Shown here: piece after piece, positions 26,619 through 35,197 of the stretch
How the letters are laid out: each line of letters begins with the position of its first letter
Position numbering within the stretch: the first letter of the stretch is position 1
Source of the DNA: Anaerolineae bacterium
GTDB lineage: Bacteria > Chloroflexota > Anaerolineae > UBA1429
Direction: 5' to 3'
Length of the DNA stretch: 64,000 bases
Assembly (NCBI GenBank): GCA_963675785.1
Contig: OY776562.1
Span: forward strand, 1,664,001 to 1,728,000
Notes under the pieces: model-generated
Told to the model about the DNA's origin: nothing
Databases searched by the model: none
What the model saw: only the letters and a program-made list of their open reading frames with translations
Made by a program: the position numbers and the translations under genes

Positions 26619-27602
26619 CTATTCCAGCAAGAATGCTTCCAACTGCCGCACTCCCCGCCTCTCTAATTCGCCGGCGCGACGCAGTCGTCCAGCCAGCGCA
26701 ATGCGCACCTCTTCTGGAGGGCACTTTTCTGTCGAAAACGCCTGCCAGATCGGCAGCAGCTCTTTTGCCAGGTGGGCATAGGTTTCGGCAGCATCGGCCA
26801 GTGCGGGGTATTCTCCAATCAAAAGGCGCAGATAGTCGCGAGCATAGCAGCGCGCCCCTACCCACTGGGCCGCATAATAGGCAGACCAATCCCAATTGAC
26901 CGAGCCCTCATAGTCTGGCTCGATGGTATTGGCCCACTGAGTATAAGCGGGCAGTCCGTTCACGTAATCCGGCAGTTCCATCCGCTCACGCTCAGAAGCA
27001 TGGTCAACAGCAATTTGCAGCGAGCGGCGTACAACCTCCTTTCGGGAGCGTCCATTGGGCTCGCCAACAACGGTGACCGATAGAAGAGAAGGATCGGTTC
27101 CGCGATTGCCCAGTTTTTCACAGGGCAGGGTGCCCAGTTCACCAGTGCAAGAGATGAACTCGTAGACACGAGCGACGGCATCATAGCCGACAATTAACTC
27201 CCATTCGGGGATGGACATATCCCAGGAAATGGCGGGGATACCCCGCTCCAAACCTTCAAGAATGGCAACATGAGCCCGTTGCTGGCGTTCGGATTGCAAT
27301 TCATCTTCCCACCACATGCGACTCACATACGTACAGCCATGGCCCAGTTGGGCGACAGACTCTGTGAGCTGATCTGCCCAATCGAACACAGAGATGGCAC
27401 TCGGGCACAAGTCCTTGTGGACATTGATGCGAAAGGCCCAGCCACTTGCCCCCATGAGCCAAGCGGGGGCGTAATCCTCACCAAGGACACGCAGTACAGC
27501 GCCAAGAGATGCCATATAGGTGTTCCACAGGCCGGGCTCACCTTTTGCTACAGCCGCCGAGTCTATATACCACGCGACGTCGCCAACATGAAGGCTTTCC
27601 AT
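26619..27602 (-). CDS. Hypothetical protein
   Basis: 327-aa ORF with RBS GGAGG and its own promoter; LMGASGWAF...CPS and WELIVGYD motifs; no family assigned with confidence. Confidence 0.7.
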   Translation of the reverse strand: MESLHVGDVAWYIDSAAVAKGEPGLWNTYMASLGAVLRVLGEDYAPAWLMGASGWAFRINVHKDLCPSAISVFDWADQLTESVAQLGHGCTYVSRMWWEDELQSERQQRAHVAILEGLERGIPAISWDMSIPEWELIVGYDAVARVYEFISCTGELGTLPCEKLGNRGTDPSLLSVTVVGEPNGRSRKEVVRRSLQIAVDHASERERMELPDYVNGLPAYTQWANTIEPDYEGSVNWDWSAYYAAQWVGARCYARDYLRLLIGEYPALADAAETYAHLAKELLPIWQAFSTEKCPPEEVRIALAGRLRRAGELERRGVRQLEAFLLE

Positions 27603-27628
27603 TCGGGCCCTCCGTTCGTTATATAACT

Positions 27629-27657
27629 ATGTTAGCCTCTGACACAGGCGGGGTCAA
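27629..27657 (-). promoter_or_regulatory. Sigma70-type promoter
   Basis: Minus strand TTGACC-17 nt-TAACAT. Confidence 0.55.
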
Positions 27658-27703
27658 TAGCTCATTCGCACAAAGACGATCAGCAAGGGCAGAGTGGCTG
27701 TAG

Positions 27704-27733
27704 TTGGCAATCTACCGGCTCTTGTGGTATACT
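27704..27733 (+). promoter_or_regulatory. Promoter of bS22-like gene
   Basis: TTGGCA-18 nt-TATACT with TGn extended -10. Confidence 0.55.
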
Positions 27734-27776
27734 ATCTAACCGTAGAGGGAGTTAACCGCAGTTCAGGAGGCTATAC

Positions 27777-27869
27777 GTGGGCAGCGTTATCAAGAAGCGT
27801 CGCAAAAAGATTGCTCGGCACAAGTACCGCAAGATGCTTCGCAAGCAGCGTTTCCAGCGCCGCAAGTAG
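27777..27869 (+). CDS. 30S ribosomal protein bS22-like (AURKAIP1/COX24 domain), 30 aa
   Basis: GTG start after AGGAGG; translates MGSVIKKRRKKIARHKYRKMLRKQRFQRRK; below the ORF-track length cutoff. Confidence 0.9.
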   Translation: MGSVIKKRRKKIARHKYRKMLRKQRFQRRK

Positions 27870-27903
27870 CAATAGCGTTCGAGTATATACGCCCCCAGGC
27901 GTT

Positions 27904-27934
27904 GCGGGTGCGCACAAAGCGCACCCGCCTTTTT
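27904..27934 (+). terminator. Intrinsic terminator of bS22-like gene
   Basis: GCGGGTGCGC-ACAAA-GCGCACCCGC followed by CTTTTT. Confidence 0.85.
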
Positions 27935-27981
27935 GCTAGTAGGGATGCCGCAGGCTGACAAGCTTGCGGCATTTGCTTTGG

Positions 27982-29244
27982 CTAAAGCGCACCGTATTCA
28001 CGAACGGCATCAAACAGCGCCACAAGGTTCTCTGTGGGTATGCCCGATTGGATGTTGTGCACGGCGTCAAAGATGAACCCCCCGCCGGGCGATAGAATCT
28101 CGATTTGCTGGCGTACGTGCTCGCGAATCTCCTCCGGCGTGCCAAAAGGCAACACCCACTGTGTATCGATGCCCCCGCCCCAAAACACCAGCTTGTCTCC
28201 CCAGCGCTCTTTGAGCGCCGTCGGGTCCATCCCCTCGGCAGCAATCTGCACTGGATTGACGATATCCACCCCGGCATCGATCAAGTCATCGTACAACTTG
28301 ACCATGGAGCCGCACGTGTGGAAAAAGGTCTTCCAGGTAGTGTGGGCGTGAATCCAATCGTTGATGGCCTTGTGATTAGGCTGGTACAGCTTGCGATACG
28401 CTCGCGGCGAGATGAAGGGGCCGTTCTGGGTGCCAAAATCGGTGCCGCTGACAAAGACGGCGCAAATGCGCTCGCCCACCGCCTGGTGATACATTTCTAG
28501 ATTCTTTAAGCAGATTTCGCGCTGTAAAGCATAAATCTCTTGCACGTAATCCGGATAAAGCAGCGAAGCCATGTACCAATCAGCCACCTTACGAATGCCG
28601 TGGGGTTGCTTCACATGAGGAGCCGGCACATAAGCGATATCCCCAAAAGAACCCTGGCCCCAATTACCGATGATAGCCTTGTCCGTGCCCTCATACAGAG
28701 CACGACTGCGTTCCTCCAGCAGGCGCAGTTCATCCTCAGTGTAGAGAGCATACATCTCATCCACCCAGGCCTGTGGGTCTAGCTCCTCGGGTTTGAAATC
28801 CAGTTGACGCTCAATGGAATCATGATAGTAACCATCGACGGGCATACGGGCTGAAGGCGACGCCATGCGGTCTCCTTGAGGGTATTGGTAGAGATAGCCA
28901 TCAGCCGCCGGCTCGGTGTTATAGAGGCCGGGCACCAGCACCGGGGTGCCATCAAAGAGCCGCCAGGGTTTCCAATCGGTCGCCGGAAAACCGTAAAAGG
29001 TGCCGTCGTCGCGCAAGCCCAATACATCGATGCCCAGCGCCTCGATCACATCCTCTTCAACCAAGCCCAGCATCTGGTAGGGCTCAAACACCTTGACCTG
29101 ACGTTCCTCCAGACCTAGCGCGGCCCGCAGTTTGTACAAAGACGAGGCTGTAATGCCGGTAACATTGGTGGACCCCAAGTCCAAAGGAACGCGATCCGGC
29201 TGCCGATGGTCAAGAGCAGCCATAACCCGTTCGCGAGCTCTCAT
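27982..29244 (-). CDS. Uroporphyrinogen decarboxylase family protein (MtaA/CmuA-like methyltransferase fold)
   Basis: RERV..AL.H..PDRVP, DFGTQ..PFISP, FFHTCG, NPVQ, WGGGIDTQ, GGGFIF..VHNIQ. Confidence 0.9.
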   Translation of the reverse strand: MRARERVMAALDHRQPDRVPLDLGSTNVTGITASSLYKLRAALGLEERQVKVFEPYQMLGLVEEDVIEALGIDVLGLRDDGTFYGFPATDWKPWRLFDGTPVLVPGLYNTEPAADGYLYQYPQGDRMASPSARMPVDGYYHDSIERQLDFKPEELDPQAWVDEMYALYTEDELRLLEERSRALYEGTDKAIIGNWGQGSFGDIAYVPAPHVKQPHGIRKVADWYMASLLYPDYVQEIYALQREICLKNLEMYHQAVGERICAVFVSGTDFGTQNGPFISPRAYRKLYQPNHKAINDWIHAHTTWKTFFHTCGSMVKLYDDLIDAGVDIVNPVQIAAEGMDPTALKERWGDKLVFWGGGIDTQWVLPFGTPEEIREHVRQQIEILSPGGGFIFDAVHNIQSGIPTENLVALFDAVREYGAL

Positions 29245-29348
29245 AGCGATTCTCCTTGCAAGAAATGACCTGGCTGCATTCTAGCCACCGCCCTCATCAG
29301 CCGCAACCACAACGAGACTGTCTCATTCATCTACACCTAGCCTTGCCC

Positions 29349-29377
29349 TTGACACCCCACTCGACCGGGGGCACACT
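29349..29377 (+). promoter_or_regulatory. Sigma70-type promoter
   Basis: TTGACA-17 nt-CACACT. Confidence 0.45.
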
Positions 29378-29433
29378 CTGGCCAAAGATGTATGCAGCAA
29401 AGCAGTATGTAATCCGTAGGAGGGTTGGCAGAG

Positions 29434-30438
29434 ATGAAAATTGGCGTACGCACGGATAATGGCGCCGAGGAACGCCTGGTGCTGGCCGAGCAAATCGGAG
29501 CCCACGGCGGCAGCATTTGGGCGGATAACGCCTTACCCGGCTTTTATGAGACCAATGTGGCAAACATAGACGGTATCAAGCGCATTCGCGAGCGCTTTGA
29601 AGCCCACAACTTGAACATCACAGGCATCGGCATTGGCGGACGTGCCCTCAAGAATCAACTGTTGGGCCTACCCGAGCGCGACCGCGACATCGACGCCATC
29701 TGCGAGACGGTGCGACGCATTGGCCAGGTGTATGCTGACAAGGCGCCCGCCGAAAGCCCGGTGATCATTATGGACCAGCGCATCACCTATTGGGCCAGCG
29801 AGGGTTGGAAGGGTTCAGCGCGCGTTCCCGGTCGCGGCGGGGTGCTGCTTTACGACTTTCACGCCTCACGCGATGCCGATCAAACCGACGCTCCTGCTGG
29901 TCAGGTGCCCCTGGAAGAGACCTGGGCACGCATCGATTACCTGTACGATCGTCTGGTGCCGGTCGCCGAAGAAGCGGGCATTCGCCTGGCTACCCATCCC
30001 GACGATCCGCCCTTGTACGTTTACCGCGGGGCGGCGCAGGCACTCAACAGCCTGGCGGGGTTCAAGCGCCTCTTTGATTCACATCCCAGCCCTATGAACG
30101 GCATGTTGCTCTGCCTGGGCTGTATGCAAGAGGCCAACGAGGACGTGATTGAGGTCATTCGCGATATGGGCGAGCGGAACAAGATCTTTTACGTGCATTT
30201 CCGCAATGTCCGTGGCACCGTACGCGACGAAAAGAACCCCGGCTATACCGAGGTCTTCCCCAACGAGGGGGATATGGACATGGTAGCAGCCCTCAAAACC
30301 TTCTGGCAAGTGGGCTATGATGGTGTGCTGGTTCCTGATCACCATTTTGGCTTTGAAGGCGACGACGAGTGGTCATCCATCAGCCGAGCCTGGCAAGTGG
30401 GCTATATCAGCGGCCTGATCCAAGCTACAAAATCCTGA
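29434..30438 (+). CDS. Mannonate dehydratase (UxuA) family protein
   Basis: LVPVAEEAGIRLATHPDDPP, VHFRNV, E.F..EGDMDM, PDH; ATG 29434 fits AGGAGG spacing. Confidence 0.8.
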   Translation: MKIGVRTDNGAEERLVLAEQIGAHGGSIWADNALPGFYETNVANIDGIKRIRERFEAHNLNITGIGIGGRALKNQLLGLPERDRDIDAICETVRRIGQVYADKAPAESPVIIMDQRITYWASEGWKGSARVPGRGGVLLYDFHASRDADQTDAPAGQVPLEETWARIDYLYDRLVPVAEEAGIRLATHPDDPPLYVYRGAAQALNSLAGFKRLFDSHPSPMNGMLLCLGCMQEANEDVIEVIRDMGERNKIFYVHFRNVRGTVRDEKNPGYTEVFPNEGDMDMVAALKTFWQVGYDGVLVPDHHFGFEGDDEWSSISRAWQVGYISGLIQATKS

Positions 30439-30498
30439 TCATCATCTCGCGAAGCAAAGACACCCTTGTGAACAAGTCATCAATCGGAGGCATATCTT

Positions 30499-31659
30499 AT
30501 GATCCGTGTGGCAATTATTGGTACTGGCAACATCTCAACAGCGCACATCCGCGCCTATCTGGCATTCCCCGAACGCTGCAAGATCGTCGCCTTGGCCGAC
30601 ATCTACCCAGAAAAAGCTCAAGCTAAAGCGGAGCAGTTCGGGCTGGATGTAAAAGTGGTCGATTCGCACGAAAAGCTGCTGGGGAGATCCGATATCGACC
30701 TGGTCAGCGTATGCACGCCGCCCTACTGCCACGCCGAAATCGGTATCGATTTCTTGAATGATGGCAAGAACGTTATCATCGAAAAGCCCATGGCCGCCTC
30801 ACTAGAGGAATGCGATCGCATTCTGGAGGCCGAAAAGCAGAGCGGACGTGTCCTCGCCATCATCGCCCAAAACCGTTTTCGAGACCCCATCATGAACTTG
30901 AAGACTGTGCTGGATAGCGGCATGATCGGCCGGGTGCTCCACGCCCAAGTGGATTCCTTTTGGTGGCGCGGCCACTGCTATTACGACCTGTGGTGGCGCG
31001 GAACGTGGGAAAAAGAAGGCGGCGGTTGCACACTGAATCATGCCGTGCACCACATCGACATGCTCAGCTGGATGATGGGCTTACCCAAACAGGTGATGGC
31101 CACGCTCAGCAATGCCGCTCATGACAATGCCGAGATCGAGGATATCTCGGTGGCCGTGCTGCAGTACGATAAGGGTACCCTGGCTCAGGTTACCAGCTCG
31201 GTCATTCACCACGGCGAAGAACAGCAAGTCATCTTTCAGGGCGAAAAGGCGCGCATCTCGGCACCCTGGAAGGTCTATGCCTCGCTCTCCAAGCCCAACG
31301 GCTTTCCCGAACGCAACACGGCATTGGAAAAGGAAATACAGGCCTTCTATGATGCTCTGCCCCATCTGGAGCACATTGGCCACGAGGGCGAGATCGACAA
31401 CGTGCTCACGGCTATTGAGACGGGCAGCCGGCCACTGGTTACCGGCGAGAGCGGCCGCGACACCATCGAGCTAATCACCGCCATCTACAAAGCAGGCTTT
31501 GCTGGCAGAGTAGTCGACCTGCCGCTGACCAAGGATGATCCTTTTTATACGGTAGAGGGCATCCAAAAGAACGTGCGCCACTTTTATGAAAAGTCCGCCT
31601 CGGTGGAGAATTTTGCCGATTCCGAAATTACCGTGGGCAGCGATTACAAAAAGAGCTAA
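30499..31659 (+). CDS. Gfo/Idh/MocA family oxidoreductase
   Basis: VAIIGTGNI, EKPMA, WRGTWEKEGGG..NHAVHHID. Confidence 0.92.
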   Translation: MIRVAIIGTGNISTAHIRAYLAFPERCKIVALADIYPEKAQAKAEQFGLDVKVVDSHEKLLGRSDIDLVSVCTPPYCHAEIGIDFLNDGKNVIIEKPMAASLEECDRILEAEKQSGRVLAIIAQNRFRDPIMNLKTVLDSGMIGRVLHAQVDSFWWRGHCYYDLWWRGTWEKEGGGCTLNHAVHHIDMLSWMMGLPKQVMATLSNAAHDNAEIEDISVAVLQYDKGTLAQVTSSVIHHGEEQQVIFQGEKARISAPWKVYASLSKPNGFPERNTALEKEIQAFYDALPHLEHIGHEGEIDNVLTAIETGSRPLVTGESGRDTIELITAIYKAGFAGRVVDLPLTKDDPFYTVEGIQKNVRHFYEKSASVENFADSEITVGSDYKKS

Positions 31660-31674
31660 TCCATACGGCTGGAA

Positions 31675-31717
31675 CTAAAAGGCGACGGATATTCTCAGGA
31701 TATCCGTCGCCTTTTAG
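31675..31717. terminator. Bidirectional intrinsic terminator
   Basis: CTAAAAGGCGACGGATAT...ATATCCGTCGCCTTTTAG. Confidence 0.85.
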
Positions 31718-31739
31718 ATATTATGACAAGTTAATTGAT

Positions 31740-32210
31740 CTAGAAATACTCGGTCATCAATCGTCCCACCCATTCGGGCACCGTCGCTTCTGGTCTGCAA
31801 TCATACACAGGGAAATAGGGCTTGATATCGATAAGCGGCGTGCCATTGATGGCATCCAACCCTTTGACGGTGACCACATTGCCAGAGACATTCAACAGCT
31901 CGACCGCGGTAACGCCCACGGGATTCGGGCGATCCTTGGCCCGCTGAGCCAGAATGCCGACAAAGGGCATATCCTCTCGCCCCTGCGGCCTGCGCACCAT
32001 GTGTCTCTCAGTCTCGAAATGGGCCTCATGAAGGTAATAGACCACCAAAATGTGGGAGAACTCGGAAAGCCCCGTCAAGCCAGCCTCATACTGAGGGTCA
32101 AGCACTAGCAAGCTCACATCATCGCCCCAGCCAGTGTCCTTTTTTTCGTTGATTCCGTTCTCCACATGGCCGATTGATTCCAGTTGGATGATCATAGAGT
32201 CTCCCTGCAT
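31740..32210 (-). CDS. trmO: tRNA (t6A37) N6-methyltransferase TrmO/TsaA-like
   Basis: GL.EFSHI.V.Y.LH, R..DRPNPVG, GLDAINGTPLIDIKPY. Confidence 0.85.
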   Translation of the reverse strand: MQGDSMIIQLESIGHVENGINEKKDTGWGDDVSLLVLDPQYEAGLTGLSEFSHILVVYYLHEAHFETERHMVRRPQGREDMPFVGILAQRAKDRPNPVGVTAVELLNVSGNVVTVKGLDAINGTPLIDIKPYFPVYDCRPEATVPEWVGRLMTEYF

Positions 32211-32225
32211 AGCAAACGCACTCGC

Positions 32226-32687
32226 CTAGCACGATGTATCATAGTAAACCACAATAGCTGTACCCTGCTCGAAATCCAGGAATTTGCGGTACGGCTGGCC
32301 TTTTTCATAACACCACAGCGTGATCAGGCGAGGCGATATCTCGATGAGTACCTCGTTGGCCATGTGGGTGTACTTGGCAAATGAATCTGGATAGTGCACC
32401 TCAAAAAGCCGCGCGAAAAAGGCATTTTTCTCGGCAAGTGGGTGACCCAAGATACGGCACTGTCCCTCAATCTGGATATTATTCACACACAAAGCTGCCC
32501 TGGGGTTCTCGGCAATCTGGGCATATTTGGTAAACGCCTTGTCTGTCTGCAGGTAAAAGCGCTGATTCGAGATGATACAGCTCATCATGCGAGCAGTCGG
32601 ACGATTTTGTGAGCATGTCGCCAGGGCCATTTTTGGGCTCTCGCCTAATGATTCGAACAAAGCATCCCATTCTTGGATGAAATCCAT
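32226..32687 (-). CDS. Pyridoxamine 5'-phosphate oxidase-like FMN-binding protein
   Basis: MALAT....PTARMMS, K..QI..NP..AL. Confidence 0.8.
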   Translation of the reverse strand: MDFIQEWDALFESLGESPKMALATCSQNRPTARMMSCIISNQRFYLQTDKAFTKYAQIAENPRAALCVNNIQIEGQCRILGHPLAEKNAFFARLFEVHYPDSFAKYTHMANEVLIEISPRLITLWCYEKGQPYRKFLDFEQGTAIVVYYDTSC

Positions 32688-32746
32688 GCTCCCCTGCCCT
32701 CGTGTATGATCTTCCTACGCTTGACTACTCTCAATATCAACCGTAG

Positions 32747-32776
32747 CAACGCCCCGCTTTGCAGCGGGGCGTTGGG
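32747..32776. terminator. Hairpin/terminator downstream of SH3 gene
   Basis: CAACGCCCCGCT-loop-AGCGGGGCGTTG. Confidence 0.65.
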
Positions 32777-32805
32777 GTATTGCATCAGAACAGGCATACT
32801 GCCCG

Positions 32806-33405
32806 CTACTCAACTTGCAAGAGATAATCCATAACCGCCCAGAGTTTTTGGCCAGAATAGACAATTTCTGCCCAGGTATAACCATCAGCTGTAGCGGTGT
32901 TAGAGGTAGCATTGAGGATAGTGCCACGCGGGGCTATAGTCACCACATCGTAGGCAGTGCCCGCTCCCTCACGCAGCTTGAGTCCATAATAGGCTGTTAC
33001 CTTGTACTGCACAGCACCATCGGGGGTAGCGGTCTCATCAGGCATATCCTCATAGCCGCTCAAATACTCGGCGGCACAAAAGCCCTCATATTGCGTACCA
33101 TTGCGTTCCGCATAGACATAGGCCCACCAAATACCATCATCATATACGGGGCCGGCACAGGGAAAAACCGTCTCTCCCTTGGCCAATACAAGAATAACCG
33201 AATCGGAGGTGCTGGGGCCCTCACGCAGGCGCAACCCCAGGCTAGAAACCGTCGCAGTAGAAGCATCCGCGACTGTATCCGAACTGATGGTGGTGGTCCC
33301 TACATCGCCTGGCATAGGGCGTGGCGGTGCCGCTGAGACATTCAGCGGTGTAATCAGCATAGCAACCAGCGCCATGATCAATATGATGAGCCGAAGAAAC
33401 TTCAT
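32806..33405 (-). CDS. Secreted protein with two bacterial SH3 domains
   Basis: Signal peptide (MKFLRL...VSA), two L.LREG(P/A).T......(I/V) ... W ... (E/D)YL repeats. Confidence 0.85.
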   Translation of the reverse strand: MKFLRLIILIMALVAMLITPLNVSAAPPRPMPGDVGTTTISSDTVADASTATVSSLGLRLREGPSTSDSVILVLAKGETVFPCAGPVYDDGIWWAYVYAERNGTQYEGFCAAEYLSGYEDMPDETATPDGAVQYKVTAYYGLKLREGAGTAYDVVTIAPRGTILNATSNTATADGYTWAEIVYSGQKLWAVMDYLLQVE

Positions 33406-33609
33406 TTTACGACTCCTTGTGTCAGCCAATATAACAGTGCACCATTCTAGCCACGATCAGAGTTTCAAAGGGCGATTCCATGTCAACAATGTAACATCGG
33501 CCGGGTTGTCGGTCAAGGTCACTAAGCGCCCTCTCTCGACACAAAGCATGCTTTCAAACAGTGGAACTCTTGAAATAAACAAAGCGTCGTGAAAAAAGAG
33601 TGATCGTAG

Positions 33610-33638
33610 TTGACGGATAGGCTCTGGCTTGATAGGAT
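33610..33638 (+). promoter_or_regulatory. Sigma70-type promoter
   Basis: TTGACG-17 nt-TAGGAT with TGn extension. Confidence 0.55.
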
Positions 33639-33734
33639 GACACTAGTGTCGCAGACGGACACAGGTGCACAAGGCACAGACTGCAATCTTCAAGCGCTGA
33701 GGATTGCGGTTGACTTGCGAGGACGGAGGAAGAG

Positions 33735-35069
33735 ATGGATCAAAGGAAAAACACGCGGCTCTGGTTTTGGGGAACATTCGCCCTGGCCTTGATGCTCATC
33801 GTTCTGCCTACGGGCATTGCCAACGCCCTAGAGGGATACCAGATATTCATCCCCGAGCTCCACAAAGACCCAACTCCCACACCAGACCCTGGCTGGAAGA
33901 TAGAGTATTTCAACAACCTCGATCTTTCGGGGTCCGCCGTTTTGACAACCTATGCAGACGTTACTGCACCTGCTTATGACTGGGGTGAAAACGCTCCCGC
34001 TTCTGGCGTCAATGCTGACTATTTCTCCGCTCGCATGTCGCGCAATGTCACCTTTGAAGCTGGCAACTATCAGATCTGCCTTTCTATGGATGACATGGGG
34101 CGTCTTTGGATCGATGGTACCCTGGTGATTGACCAGTGGGCTACCGGATCAGACCGCGGTATTCAAACCAAAGTATGGGAAGGTTATCTGAGTGGCGGAA
34201 GTCACGAGATCGTCATCGAATATCGCGACTATACCAAAGAGGCCCGAGTTCGCCTAGTCTGGTTCAACAAAGACGTTTACTCTGGGTGGAAGGCCGAATA
34301 CTTTAACAATGACAGCGTCAGCGGCGATCCCGTCTTGGTTCAGAATGAAACGACACTCTACCATGACTGGAATGATGGCAGTCCCAGCTCCGCCATCAAC
34401 AATGATTATTTCTCGGCACGCTATACCAAAGCTGTCTATATTGAAGATGGTGGCATGTACGTCTTCCAGGTCATGGGGGACGATGGTGCGCGTGTATGGA
34501 TCGATAGCTGGACAGACCCGAGTGACCCCAGTATCGATTGTTGGGAGGGCAACCCCAGCACCACTATCTCTAACGTCGAGATTCTAGATCCGGGATGGTA
34601 TCTGATCACCGTCGAATATCACGAGTTCACTTCAAGTGCCGAGTTTGCCTTTAGCCAAACTTATGGCGCCACCACTTATGGGTACCGAGTCGAGTATTAC
34701 GACAATGCGAACCTCGAAGGCGACCCTGTGCTGGTGCAAGATGAATATCCCGAATCCACTAGTCAGTATGACCTCGAGTACATCTGGACCAACGGATCCC
34801 CCGTAGACGCAGTCTCAGATGACTATTTCTCGATGCGCTGGACACACACGTTGGAGCTTGCGCCGGGATCATACACTTTCCGGGCTCATATCGATGACGG
34901 CTGTCGCATCTATATCGATGGCAGGTTGATTTTGGATGCCTGGGAAGGCAAATCCATGAGTTGGGTATACGCAACAACCGAGCTCTATGGCGACGATCAC
35001 GCTCTGGTACTCGAATACAACGAGCTAGCAGGCGATGCCCATGTTACTTTTGACTGGTACAAGAACTAG
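33735..35069 (+). CDS. Secreted protein with three PA14 domains
   Basis: Signal peptide; three repeats of EY(F/Y).N..(L/V).G...W..(GS/NA)P...D.FS.R...DDG.R..ID...EY.(E/D). Confidence 0.88.
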   Translation: MDQRKNTRLWFWGTFALALMLIVLPTGIANALEGYQIFIPELHKDPTPTPDPGWKIEYFNNLDLSGSAVLTTYADVTAPAYDWGENAPASGVNADYFSARMSRNVTFEAGNYQICLSMDDMGRLWIDGTLVIDQWATGSDRGIQTKVWEGYLSGGSHEIVIEYRDYTKEARVRLVWFNKDVYSGWKAEYFNNDSVSGDPVLVQNETTLYHDWNDGSPSSAINNDYFSARYTKAVYIEDGGMYVFQVMGDDGARVWIDSWTDPSDPSIDCWEGNPSTTISNVEILDPGWYLITVEYHEFTSSAEFAFSQTYGATTYGYRVEYYDNANLEGDPVLVQDEYPESTSQYDLEYIWTNGSPVDAVSDDYFSMRWTHTLELAPGSYTFRAHIDDGCRIYIDGRLILDAWEGKSMSWVYATTELYGDDHALVLEYNELAGDAHVTFDWYKN

Positions 35070-35097
35070 GGCACTAACCAATAGACAAGTTTCGTTC

Positions 35098-35130
35098 AAC
35101 AAAGCGCGGCATTAGCCGCGCTTTGTTCTT
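35098..35130 (+). terminator. Intrinsic terminator
   Basis: AACAAAGCGCGGC-loop-GCCGCGCTTTGTT. Confidence 0.8.
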
Positions 35131-35157
35131 TGCTCAGCCCGATATCTACATGCAAAC

Positions 35158-35187
35158 AAAAAAGGCGGGGCATGATGCCCCGCCTTT
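35158..35187 (-). terminator. Intrinsic terminator
   Basis: AAAAAAGGCGGGGCA-TGA-TGCCCCGCCTTT. Confidence 0.8.
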
Positions 35188-35197
35188 CATCAAACGT

